Source: a virus (lineage: Duplodnaviria > Heunggongvirae > Uroviricota > Caudoviricetes). From it: a stretch of DNA of 55,008 nucleotides. The notes beneath the pieces were generated by a model, which did not search any database, was not told the origin of the DNA, and saw only the letters and a list, made by a program, of their open reading frames with translations. Position numbers and translations under genes: made by a program. Shown here piece after piece: positions 8,634-18,905 of this stretch; positions within the stretch are counted from its first letter, which is position 1, and each line of letters begins with the position of its first letter. The stretch lies in the IMG/VR virus record IMGVR_UViG_2925891887_000003; one strand, written 5' to 3'.

Positions 8634-9830
8634 TCACCAAACCTTATTTATTTTAATAATATCTTCCCGTTTAAAAGAAGACAGTAGCCGTTTTTCAAAA
8701 CCAGCCAAAAATGAGTATTTTTTAGGCGCAGTTAATAAGTTGTGACCTGCTGCTAAAATTTTTCTCCCCACCTCGCCCTTTGAAGAAAATAGCATCCTAT
8801 TCTTAAATATATCAAGTTCCTTGAGCTGTGTTTTATCAGTTATATGTTGATAATTGTAATAAATTCCACTATATAAAGCATCAGTTTTATTACTATTGGA
8901 GTTTACTAATATATTACCAGTTAAATACTTTATTCTTTTCTTCAAGAGTTCTGCATCAGAATTATTTGAGTAATCTTTTACCGCAAGTGCAATCCTTCTT
9001 TTTATTTTCTTTATTTTCTCCTCCGAAATTCTGATCACAACATGACGACGCTGATTTTTTAATCCATGGTGTATAATAAATGAATATCCCAAAAACTCAA
9101 TTTCAGAATGTTTAGTTGAAGTGTCCTCTATGGTATACTCACTGCACTTTCTTTCATTTAAATGTAATCCATTTGGTAAAATCCTTGAAAAATAATTTTT
9201 ATAATCTGGTATTTTATAGAATGAAAAAACTATGATATCATCCACATATCTTGAAGCATAAAAAACTTCAGGCAGCCTCGCCAACTCAGCATCAAATTCC
9301 TCCATAAATATTTCTGATAAAGTCGCACTTAATCCCATACCACGGGGAAGTCCGTTATTTGCAGAGAAAGCGTTATGTTTAAAAAGACCATTGATAAATT
9401 TTTTAGTATTATGAGAAATAATCGGGTTATTATTAATTCTTTGGAAAACGATATTTTTATCTATTGATTCATAAAAACTCTTAATATCCAGCCTGTAAAT
9501 ATAATAATTTACAGGCTCACTTAACACTGTATTTACTTTTTTTATGATGTCATGTCTGTTGTTTTGTTTAACACTATACACACGCTTAATGTTATCATTT
9601 ATTTTCCTGGCGACAAGTACATCCATAAAATCTTTAAATATATACACATTTTTGTTGTTAATTCTTGAATTTGAGATCGAACCAAATGAGTATGTTTCAA
9701 TTGAGCCATTAACTTTATCAGCTATATATTTTTTATATTCAGCTGAATTCCTACCAATTTTGTATCTTTTTGGATCGGTTTTTTTTAAAAGCTTAATTAA
9801 GTTCGAAACGGAAAATGACTGGTTTAACAT
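8634..9830 (-). CDS. reverse transcriptase, small (RT-A; UG/Abi-class defence-type RT)
   Basis: ORF track starts at GTG 9863 (overlapping int); ATG at 9830 with AAGGGG RBS preferred (398 aa). Motifs: YRLDIKSFYESID (A), GLPRGMGLSATLSEIFMEEFD (B), YASRYVDDIIVFS (C, YVDD). AT-rich. Confidence 0.85.
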   Translation of the reverse strand: MLNQSFSVSNLIKLLKKTDPKRYKIGRNSAEYKKYIADKVNGSIETYSFGSISNSRINNKNVYIFKDFMDVLVARKINDNIKRVYSVKQNNRHDIIKKVNTVLSEPVNYYIYRLDIKSFYESIDKNIVFQRINNNPIISHNTKKFINGLFKHNAFSANNGLPRGMGLSATLSEIFMEEFDAELARLPEVFYASRYVDDIIVFSFYKIPDYKNYFSRILPNGLHLNERKCSEYTIEDTSTKHSEIEFLGYSFIIHHGLKNQRRHVVIRISEEKIKKIKRRIALAVKDYSNNSDAELLKKRIKYLTGNILVNSNSNKTDALYSGIYYNYQHITDKTQLKELDIFKNRMLFSSKGEVGRKILAAGHNLLTAPKKYSFLAGFEKRLLSSFKREDIIKINKVW

Positions 9831-9831
9831 A

Positions 9832-11010
9832 TTATAACCCCTTTTTTTTGCGAAGATAATCACTGTACCATTGCATCATCTTCTGCCTTTCCATAAGGTA
9901 TATGGCATGATTATAAGTTCCTCTTATATTATTTCTATCAACATGAGCTAATTGGACTTCAATAAATGCTGATTGAAAACCTTCTTCATGCAAAATTGTT
10001 GATAACATATGTCTGAACCCGTGACCAGTGAGTCGGCCTTCGTAACCGATACGCTTGATAACTTGATTTATGCTAGCTTCGCTCATCGGTTTGTTCGGAT
10101 CGTTCCGTCCTGGAAAAACATAACGATAGTTCCCTGTCATTATCTTGAGTTCATGGAGTAAATCTAACGCTTGGGTCGACAATGGCACAAGATGCGGCCT
10201 GCGCATTTTCATCCTTTCAGCAGGAATTTCCCAAATAGCGTTATCCAGATCAAATTCTTGCCATAATGCCGCGCGTAATTCGATGGTTCTCACGCCCGTA
10301 ATCATCAGTAATTTCGTTGCTATCTGGACAAGCTTACTCCCGGTGTAACTCTCTAAGGCACGCAGAAATTCGGGTATCTCATCAGCTTTTAGGAACGGGA
10401 AATGATTGGATTGGTGCACTTCGAGAGCGCTGGAAAGATCTGCCGCAGGATTGTACTCCGCTCTACCCGTTGCAATTGCGTAGCGAAACACTTCAGAGCA
10501 ACGCTGACGCACTTTCCGCATTTTCTCCAACGCACCACGTTTCTCAATTTTACGCAGTACGTTCAGCAGCTCTAGCGGTTTAATCTCACTCACAGGCCTT
10601 GTTCCAACATAAGGAAAAATGTCGTTCTTAAACGCTTCCATGATGTCTGATGCATATCCTGCCGACCATTTAGCAGATTTAAGTTGATGCCACTCTCTGG
10701 CTATCTTTTCGAAGGCGTTCTCTGACTCTGCTTGCAGAGCCAGCTTTTGCTCTTTTCGAACATCACTAGGGTTCTTTCCTTCTGCCACAAGTTTTCGAGC
10801 TTCATCACGACGGGAACGAGCATCGGCAAGAGTGATCGTTGGGTAAACGCCAAGCGAGATCATCTTGGGTTTACCGGCATAGCGATAGCGGAACCGCCAG
10901 CTCTTGCTTCCATTAGGTTCTATAAGCAATGACAAGCCTTGCCCATCCCCAAGCGTATAGGGTTTATCTTCAGGCTTAGCGCGGCGAATCTGCATATCGT
11001 TTAAAGGCAT
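9832..11010 (-). CDS. int: P4-type tyrosine integrase
   Basis: 392 aa; N-terminus MPLNDMQIRRAKPEDKPYTLGDGQGLSL... typical of P4-family integrases; C-terminal HGFRHM...RGTYNHAIY catalytic region. Adjacent to the duplicated thrW 3' segment. Confidence 0.9.
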   Translation of the reverse strand: MPLNDMQIRRAKPEDKPYTLGDGQGLSLLIEPNGSKSWRFRYRYAGKPKMISLGVYPTITLADARSRRDEARKLVAEGKNPSDVRKEQKLALQAESENAFEKIAREWHQLKSAKWSAGYASDIMEAFKNDIFPYVGTRPVSEIKPLELLNVLRKIEKRGALEKMRKVRQRCSEVFRYAIATGRAEYNPAADLSSALEVHQSNHFPFLKADEIPEFLRALESYTGSKLVQIATKLLMITGVRTIELRAALWQEFDLDNAIWEIPAERMKMRRPHLVPLSTQALDLLHELKIMTGNYRYVFPGRNDPNKPMSEASINQVIKRIGYEGRLTGHGFRHMLSTILHEEGFQSAFIEVQLAHVDRNNIRGTYNHAIYLMERQKMMQWYSDYLRKKKGL

Positions 11011-11011
11011 G

Positions 11012-11061
11012 TGTATAGGAATCCATGACCGAACAGGAACATATACACAATCCTATACACA
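11012..11061. promoter_or_regulatory. 10-bp perfect inverted repeat just upstream of the int start codon (candidate operator or Int binding site)
   Basis: gtgtatagga ... tcctatacac separated by 30 bp. Confidence 0.3.
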
Positions 11062-11172
11062 TTCTTTATCGGATTCTACTGGATGGCTGCGGACGATGAT
11101 GGACTAAAAAACGGTAAAATCGTTATAAATCAGGGTATTTATGGATGAATACGGACATTTGGGGAAGTTGAG

Positions 11173-11219
11173 ATGGTGCCGATAATAGGAGTCGAACCTA
11201 CGACCTTCGCATTACGAAT
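11173..11219. repeat. att site: 47-bp duplicate of the thrW 3' end, junction between the two tandem elements
   Basis: atggtgccgataataggagtcgaacctacgaccttcgcattacgaat is identical to 53564-53610, which overlaps the 3' end of the intact tRNA. Confidence 0.85.
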
Positions 11220-11295
11220 TATAAGAATCCACTTCTAATTCAAAGCATTACCCCATCAACACTGCGCTCACACGTCCCACCACATCAAAACATGT

Positions 11296-11353
11296 AAAGC
11301 CTTGCAAGCCATTGCGAGGCCTTATGTGTCTCAGTTTTGTCCCACCTTGTATT
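11296..11353 (+). repeat. ~58-bp direct repeat, copy A (near the prophage end)
   Basis: aaagccttgcaagccattgcgaggccttatgtgtctcagttttgtcccac...; near-identical copy at 20129-20186; contains an internal hairpin GCCTTGC / GCGAGGC. Confidence 0.7.
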
Positions 11354-11568
11354 ACGACTTGCATAGCCAATGAAGATAAACGTGACGACAAACGGCGCAG
11401 CAGTCTTCTTTTCCTTCATACTTTCCCCACCCAGCATGCATACCTTTATGCCATAACTGAAGTTTATGTCTGTTATGAGCGAATTGCAGACATTAACGTT
11501 TGGTTAAGGGACGGGCTGTAGCCCGTCCCAGTGAGCGAAGCTTAATTTAGTCCGTGTGCAGCGCTTTG

Positions 11569-12999
11569 TTAGCCAAAACTGATGTGATTTTTAGTTAGAT
11601 CTCTATATCTCTTATCGTTGTGTACTTTATGGAGGATCGTTTGGTTGGCGATCAAAAAATCTATAATTTCTTGAATTCTTTCGCTACGAGCATTGGCTCT
11701 TAACAAAGTCAAAACGCTTACCATATGTTGCTGGCAGTATTTGTTGTCTAAATTCACTCGCACTTCATTAGAGTGCATTGCTATAACTGTATTGATAATG
11801 TTTTGATCGCCAAGCATGCCAAAAAACTGATCATACAAAGGTCGTCCCGCCGGAGAAACACCAGTATTATATGGTATTCCTTTACCAACACGACAAATCA
11901 AAACTGTTTTTATAAGCTTATGAACCCTCTCTAAAGGTATGTCATTTTCAGTCTTTAAATACGAAAGAATCTTCCGCATATGAGGGGGTTCATTATAAAA
12001 GTTATCCCAAGCATACCTAGCCTCTAAGAGATCGTCGGCATGGCCGTCCAGTGATATAATTCTAGAGTCTAATGATTGATAACGATTACCATCACAAAAC
12101 GTAAAAAACTCAATACCTAAAGCATGTTTCTCGTTGTGAAGATTGTTCTTGTATCCGTCTAGCGTCACGCCGAGCTTGTATTTTACGTTATCACTGCTTT
12201 TATTCCAGATATGCGGAGCAAAAAGAGCGATATTTTTTCTGACAACATTTCCTGTTGAATCAGCTGTATATATGCCGAAAATACTATTGAGTAGATTGTC
12301 AGTATTCTGAAGCGACAGATCATTCAAAGGTCTTTCCATGCTATGAATTGTGGCTTCATCAAGAACATCAGTGGATCTTTTTAGATTCTCAAGGAATGAT
12401 TTTATTTGTATGGCAGACGCGGACGGTTTGTCGTTCAAAATATCTTGAACGCATGTTTGGAGCCAGCCAAGAAGTTCAAAAGCATTTATGGAGTATGAAT
12501 TTGGGTGCGAAGCACCAATGTCATTCCTCATAGTCAATATATGATTGAGCTTGGTGTAAACAACGTCAGATATTAATTCAAGTTTTCGGCAAGTATTAAT
12601 AAGGGTGTTGTCTTTTAAACCAGAAAGATCTTCTTCGGTAGAATAAAGCTCTCTACGTCCTCCTCCAACTGCAGCATCAAAGAACATATCGAGGCCATAA
12701 ACTACTACTTTTTCCCTTAAATTCAGTACAACTTCATTCCAAACATAATTTAACGATGCATCAAATAGTCCTATAGCCGCACCAGCAACGAACTTTGATA
12801 AATATCGAGCATCTCTTTTTACCTCAGCAGGTAAAGAATCTATGAATGTGGGGAGGTTTTTTTCAATAATTTGGCGCTCAGGGAGAGAGGCAATTATATT
12901 TTCGGTCGGCAAACCAAGATAGGATAAATATCCTTCAAATTTTGTTGTATCTGTGGAAAGTACCCCTGTTCCAGGTTTTGCAATCAATTCTGAACTCAT
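11569..12999 (-). CDS. hypothetical 476-aa protein, AT-rich moron at the prophage end
   Basis: Long AT-rich ORF with ATG start; no motif I recognise. Strong 10-bp GC hairpin (11509-11531) downstream. Confidence 0.7.
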   Translation of the reverse strand: MSSELIAKPGTGVLSTDTTKFEGYLSYLGLPTENIIASLPERQIIEKNLPTFIDSLPAEVKRDARYLSKFVAGAAIGLFDASLNYVWNEVVLNLREKVVVYGLDMFFDAAVGGGRRELYSTEEDLSGLKDNTLINTCRKLELISDVVYTKLNHILTMRNDIGASHPNSYSINAFELLGWLQTCVQDILNDKPSASAIQIKSFLENLKRSTDVLDEATIHSMERPLNDLSLQNTDNLLNSIFGIYTADSTGNVVRKNIALFAPHIWNKSSDNVKYKLGVTLDGYKNNLHNEKHALGIEFFTFCDGNRYQSLDSRIISLDGHADDLLEARYAWDNFYNEPPHMRKILSYLKTENDIPLERVHKLIKTVLICRVGKGIPYNTGVSPAGRPLYDQFFGMLGDQNIINTVIAMHSNEVRVNLDNKYCQQHMVSVLTLLRANARSERIQEIIDFLIANQTILHKVHNDKRYRDLTKNHISFG

Positions 13000-13615
13000 A
13001 CGATTATTTCCTTATCTGGTTGAAGGCTAGAGAACAGCTAACGCTTTTAGCAGGGGCGCGACGTTAGGAGCGTCCCATACCTAAACTTGTTAAGGTATTT
13101 GTGAGCAAACGCCACCAGTATTTGGGTTTAGATCCAATACATACTTCATGCGAGTACAACCTATCCCGAATCAAGCAGGAGTCATTTCTCCCGCACTTAG
13201 GGTTTGGACATTTCATGTTCCCTACCCATGGTGAATTCGATTCGTAATGTACGATCTTCATAAAGCCTTAACAATTTAATAGAAGGCTTTTTTGCCCGCA
13301 AGTGGAACATTTTTCTGCCTTCTTTCCTGATCTTTACTCACATCAAACTAACGCTGATATACCTCTATTTCAACAGGTTTTTCTGAAATCAATAAATTTG
13401 CGTCCGGCAAACTTTATACAGCCAGTACGCGAGTTGTTCTTGATTTACTTAAGCTGGACACATGGGAATTATCCAGCGGCTTGTGCTAGTAAAAGAAGAA
13501 ATTATCAGGCATTTACCACAACGCCCAATGCCCGCTTTTGGCACAAAGCAGACGCCCACTCTCACGCGAATGCTTTGCCCTTGACTTGCCAACAACCGTA
13601 TCGCTTGCTCCGCAA

Positions 13616-14908
13616 CTATGGTTTTTTATTAGAATCTTCGCCACTAAATAAATTATAATAAATTGATTTTATTAGATATCTGTCAGAATCTATATGGTCA
13701 GCACGAGTAGCATGCTCTAATGTTTCAAATGCTAGGGTTTGTGCGGCTTCAGCAAAAATTCCAGGCCAACCCTTACTCAGCATCGACAGTCCTTTAAGGA
13801 CCCTTATCTGAATTTCCCTCATACTGGCACCATCGCGCGCAACAGGTGAGAAAAAGTCTTCAAGTAGATCGTTATTCTGAAGTGGTGCAACATGTACAGA
13901 AGGATATTTCACTTCTATTTCATCAGATTTATTCTGCGCGTAAGCGGAAAGTATACGTACACCTCTGCCAATGACATCAATGGCGGTTCCAGGATCGTTC
14001 ACTGCGGGGGAAAGGGCTCGGCAGGCTATTTCGGCCATGACGCTAAGACAAAATCGGGGGTCCTGAGCAAATGAACGTACATCCGAGACAATAATCGTCT
14101 CAAGTAAATCGGTGCTGATTGATGACTCCTGGCCCTGACTCAGGTACAAAACTGGCGTGGACGGATGTATGAAACTGCCCGGCTGCGCCACGAGGTATAC
14201 ATGACGGGGATCATTGGTCAGCAGCTTACTGAGTTTCACCATATCAACATATTCAACATAGCCAATCTTTTTCGGATAAACTGCAACCGTTCCTTTCGGC
14301 TGTTCATTGTTCTCAAGCCATGGATATCCGCCGAGACAGGGATTTCTTGCTCTCGCAATAAATGTTTCGATGGCCGCCTGTTCTACTTTTGCCGTTGTCT
14401 CACCAACCCTCCCCAGAGAGGTCAAATGCTGTATCCAGCGAAGCAATGTGATGAGGATTAAGGCAATGACAACCAGTGTTACAATGAATAAAATGACTCT
14501 CCCCCTTTCTCCATAAGCTCCCATATTGAGGGCAATAATCCCTACCAGACTGAAGAGAAAAGAACCGATGAAGGTGGCCAGTACATTTTGTGTGGTGACG
14601 TCTTCAACAACTAAACGAGTAGCTCTGGGAGTCACATTAGTAGTGGCTGAACCGTAGGCTGTGACCATGATGCTCAGCGAAAATGTGGTCACTGCCAGCA
14701 TACTCGATGCCAGTATGTTCAGAATGTTATCGACTGCTTCCGCACCAACCTTCACGGAAACCGACTCAGGTATCATTGATTTAAAAAGAATTGATAAAAG
14801 GGCCGTTATTATTGCGACAATTGCGAATAACGTTGCCCTGAACCATAGTTTTTTAAATGTCTGCTTCAGCATCCATTTCCAGCGTGAAATCATTCTGCAT
14901 TCCCTCAT
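13616..14908 (-). CDS. membrane protein with N-terminal TM helices (DUF2254-like)
   Basis: 430 aa; four hydrophobic segments in the first ~160 aa, then a soluble domain. Family name from recollection only. Confidence 0.55.
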   Translation of the reverse strand: MRECRMISRWKWMLKQTFKKLWFRATLFAIVAIITALLSILFKSMIPESVSVKVGAEAVDNILNILASSMLAVTTFSLSIMVTAYGSATTNVTPRATRLVVEDVTTQNVLATFIGSFLFSLVGIIALNMGAYGERGRVILFIVTLVVIALILITLLRWIQHLTSLGRVGETTAKVEQAAIETFIARARNPCLGGYPWLENNEQPKGTVAVYPKKIGYVEYVDMVKLSKLLTNDPRHVYLVAQPGSFIHPSTPVLYLSQGQESSISTDLLETIIVSDVRSFAQDPRFCLSVMAEIACRALSPAVNDPGTAIDVIGRGVRILSAYAQNKSDEIEVKYPSVHVAPLQNNDLLEDFFSPVARDGASMREIQIRVLKGLSMLSKGWPGIFAEAAQTLAFETLEHATRADHIDSDRYLIKSIYYNLFSGEDSNKKP

Positions 14909-14919
14909 ATTGCAGCCGG

Positions 14920-14949
14920 GATAAATAAATGCCGCCTCTGTGGCGGCAT
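14920..14949 (-). terminator. intrinsic terminator downstream of the BCCT transporter gene
   Basis: Minus strand: 8-bp stem atgccgcc/ggcggcat followed by a U-rich tract. Confidence 0.5.
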
Positions 14950-14956
14950 GTTGCTG

Positions 14957-16960
14957 TTAACGAACCAGATGCAGGAAGTGCAGGTGTTTTTCGTACTGGT
15001 CCAGTATGTCATTAATCAGCTGTTCCTGATTCCAGCCCATTACATCATAATTTTGGCCGCCCTCTTTGAGATAGACTTCAGCGCGATAATATCGATGTTG
15101 TTCACTCTGCTGCTCATCATTATCCAGCGCAGCGAGCGCGAAGGTCGGTGAGTTATACCCGCGAAGCCTCACTTCATATATATAATTCAGCTCGTTGCCC
15201 AAATCGACTTCAAGGCGAATACGATCCTCGGCGGCGTCACTGATGTGGCTTATCGTTCCCTGCTTGTTAAGTTCCTCCTGAACCAGCGTCATGGCGGGTT
15301 GGATAATGTCGTCCATAAAACGTTTCACAAGAGAGCGCTTCGGCAAATACGCGATATTGCGTAACCTTCTCTGCCAGGGAATTGGGTTACGTGCAGCCGT
15401 AGGAGCAATAGTCGCCATGCTAAGGCTTTCACGCTTGGTCAAATCCCGACGCAGGGCTTTTAACAGTCCGTATATGGATATTAATAAGATAACTGAGAAG
15501 GGCAATGCACTCGCTATCGTTACGGTTTGCAACGCACTCAGCCCCCCTGCGATCAGCAGGGCAATAGCAACAACGCCCATGAGCAATGCCCAGAAAATTC
15601 GCTGCCAGACGGGCGTGTTTGCCACCCCACCTGATGCCAGAGTATCCACAACCATTGCCCCCGAATCAGCAGACGTTACAAAGAAGACGATGACCATCGC
15701 CATTGCAATGAATGACAGCACGGAAGAGAACGGGAAATGCTCCAGGAAATTAAACAGGGCAAGCGCAACATCCTGCTGAACGGTATTGGCGAGGTCAGTG
15801 GCGCCCTGGTTCATGATGAGATAGATGGCGCTGTTTCCAAACACCGTCATCCACATGAGCGTAAAGCCGGCGGGAACAAACAACACGCCAGTCACGAACT
15901 CACGAATTGTCCTGCCGCGGGAAACGCGTGCAATGAACATACCTACAAACGGCGACCATGAAAGCCACCATCCCCAGTATAATAATGTCCAGCCCCCCAG
16001 CCAGTTGCTCGACTTGGGTTCATACGCGTAAAGGTTGAACGTTTTACTCACCAGTTCCGACAGATAACCACCCGTATTTTCCACAAATGACTTCAGCAGA
16101 AGCACAGTGGGACCCAGGCACAAGACCAGCGCCAGGAGCAACACCGCCAGGCCCAGATTAAGCTCAGACAGGATGCGTATTCCCTTGTCCAGGCCGGACA
16201 CCACCGAAATCGTCGCTAACCCCGTGATGACCACGATCAAAATGACCTGTACCGTTTCATTGATGGGCACGCCGAAAAGATGGTTCAAACCGGCATTCAC
16301 CTGCAATACACCGTAACCCAGCGATGTTGCAACGCCAAAGACAGTGCCTATCACGGCGAAGATATCAACCGCGTGGCCTATAGGCCCGTAAATGCGATCG
16401 CCGATAATGGGATAGAGCGCAGAACGCAGCGTTAAAGGCAGACCGTGACGGTAACTGAAAAAGGCCAGAATCAGCGCCACGATGGCATAAATTGCCCATG
16501 CGTGCAGACCCCAGTGGAAGAACGTCAGGCGCATGGCTTCCTTCGCTGCCGCAACGGTCTCTGGAGTGCCGACAGGTGGCGAAAGATAATGCATCACAGG
16601 TTCGGCAACGCCAAAGAACATCAGGCCGATCCCCATCCCTGCCGAAAAAAGCATCGCGAACCAGGAGTGGTAGCTGAAATCAGGCTGCGCATGGTCTGGG
16701 CCCAGCTTTATATCACCGTAACGTGAGAGTCCAAGGAACGTGACGCTCAGTAAAATCAGGGCCACAGCAAGTATGTAGAACCAGCTGGCATTCGTGAAGA
16801 TTTGTTGCTGAAGTAGTTTAAAATTTTTGTCGGCGACATCCGGGAATACGGCGGCAAAGGCGACAAGAAGGAAAATTAGCAAAGCAGATGTAAAGAATAC
16901 CGCTTTGTTAACCTGGCTTGTAGACTTCTTTGGGGTTGTATCATTTTCACTCATAATCAT
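14957..16960 (-). CDS. BCCT-family transporter (BetT-like choline/betaine transporter)
   Basis: 667 aa, polytopic; long collinear similarity to E. coli BetT (e.g. SRYGDIKLGP, WTLLYWGWWLSWSPFVGMFIARVSRGRTIREF) plus a C-terminal cytoplasmic extension. Divergent from K-12 betT. Confidence 0.8.
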   Translation of the reverse strand: MIMSENDTTPKKSTSQVNKAVFFTSALLIFLLVAFAAVFPDVADKNFKLLQQQIFTNASWFYILAVALILLSVTFLGLSRYGDIKLGPDHAQPDFSYHSWFAMLFSAGMGIGLMFFGVAEPVMHYLSPPVGTPETVAAAKEAMRLTFFHWGLHAWAIYAIVALILAFFSYRHGLPLTLRSALYPIIGDRIYGPIGHAVDIFAVIGTVFGVATSLGYGVLQVNAGLNHLFGVPINETVQVILIVVITGLATISVVSGLDKGIRILSELNLGLAVLLLALVLCLGPTVLLLKSFVENTGGYLSELVSKTFNLYAYEPKSSNWLGGWTLLYWGWWLSWSPFVGMFIARVSRGRTIREFVTGVLFVPAGFTLMWMTVFGNSAIYLIMNQGATDLANTVQQDVALALFNFLEHFPFSSVLSFIAMAMVIVFFVTSADSGAMVVDTLASGGVANTPVWQRIFWALLMGVVAIALLIAGGLSALQTVTIASALPFSVILLISIYGLLKALRRDLTKRESLSMATIAPTAARNPIPWQRRLRNIAYLPKRSLVKRFMDDIIQPAMTLVQEELNKQGTISHISDAAEDRIRLEVDLGNELNYIYEVRLRGYNSPTFALAALDNDEQQSEQHRYYRAEVYLKEGGQNYDVMGWNQEQLINDILDQYEKHLHFLHLVR

Positions 16961-17485
16961 TTATTCCATTAATTAAATCCGCACTGGATAGAAGGTACTA
17001 CCTCTCACAGAGTAGCAAAGTTCAACTGGCTATGCGGGATTAATCGGAATGCATGGTGGAATGAGTGCCGATACAAATCATCCTATATTCTAAGGAGTTT
17101 TAAGTTACTCAGCCTGCCAATTACTGGGGCATTTAATTTGTATGATCTGTATCAAAGCTGGGATATAAGTTAAGTGAAGTATATTAGGCACGAATTACCA
17201 GCGTCTGCTCTTGGCACATAGCAGACCAGAGACACTGGCGTAAAGCCATGGAGGATCGGTGGGAGGAGGTAAAAATCCTCTCATGCAAAAAATACGCAAA
17301 ATCGATAACAGTTGGAAATCATTCAATACTCGCACTATCGGAAGTTCACCAGCCAGTCGTAGCACGTTCTTGCATACGACGTGGCTACGGGTTTCGAGAC
17401 CGACCCGATCATCAAACGAAACATAAAATTAGCTCACATTATGAGGAAAGGTATCTTTTTGCGCTATGTAAATTCAAAGGGTTAG

Positions 17486-18355
<870 letters not shown>

Positions 18356-18905
18356 GTATTCAATTGATAAGATTAAACCGCAGCACGTTATTGCATACAA
18401 CGTGTCTGCGGTTTCAACTCCGCCGGCCCCCCCCAATCATGATTGGACAGCACTTGCAAAAAAAGAAATTAGTATTCTCAGCAGGACACCGGTCAGATAG
18501 TGCGGCAGATCAATGTCTGGTTAATATTGATGACCGCTGCCCGCTGATTCTATTGCCGAAACTGTGCGGGAAAAGATGTGGCAAGATATTGTTGGTAAAA
18601 AATTCTCAGTGACTTTATGCCAGCAAATCAGTTTGCCTGGCATCCAGTATCATGTGCGGTGGATAATGTCAAAAAACATGGGGAGTCGATTAAACAGGTA
18701 TAATCGTTAAAAACCTTCAAACTCCAGGCAAAACCCTATTTCATAGAACATGTACTTTCATCTGGTATACATGAACGAATTATGACTGCGTTAGTAAAAT
18801 TACCTTGGTTAAATTACAGGCAGAGATATATGTTCCAGTCCAGTGCTTTTTCGTTTACAATATTTATCTTTCATTATCACTTGACTTTATTAAAAGAGGT
18901 TCGTT

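Noticed and set aside
6591-9830. The two RT genes as a retron
   Set aside because: Retron RTs are single, smaller, and sit next to an msr/msd ncRNA and an effector gene; here there are two full RTs, both with YVDD, and no effector, so a two-RT defence system fits better.
6591-9830. The two RT genes as group II intron-encoded proteins
   Set aside because: They are tandem, translationally coupled and abut the integrase stop, leaving no room for intron RNA domains; no maturase or endonuclease signature noticed. Profile searches would be needed to exclude this fully.
13064-13658. 65-aa minus-strand ORF (Cys-rich) and 118-aa plus-strand ORF between the 476-aa gene and the membrane protein gene
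   Set aside because: No convincing RBS or conservation clue; left unannotated rather than rejected outright.
15291-16726. Several 60-160-aa plus-strand ORFs inside the BCCT transporter gene
   Set aside because: Antisense to a long, well-supported transporter ORF; no independent signals.
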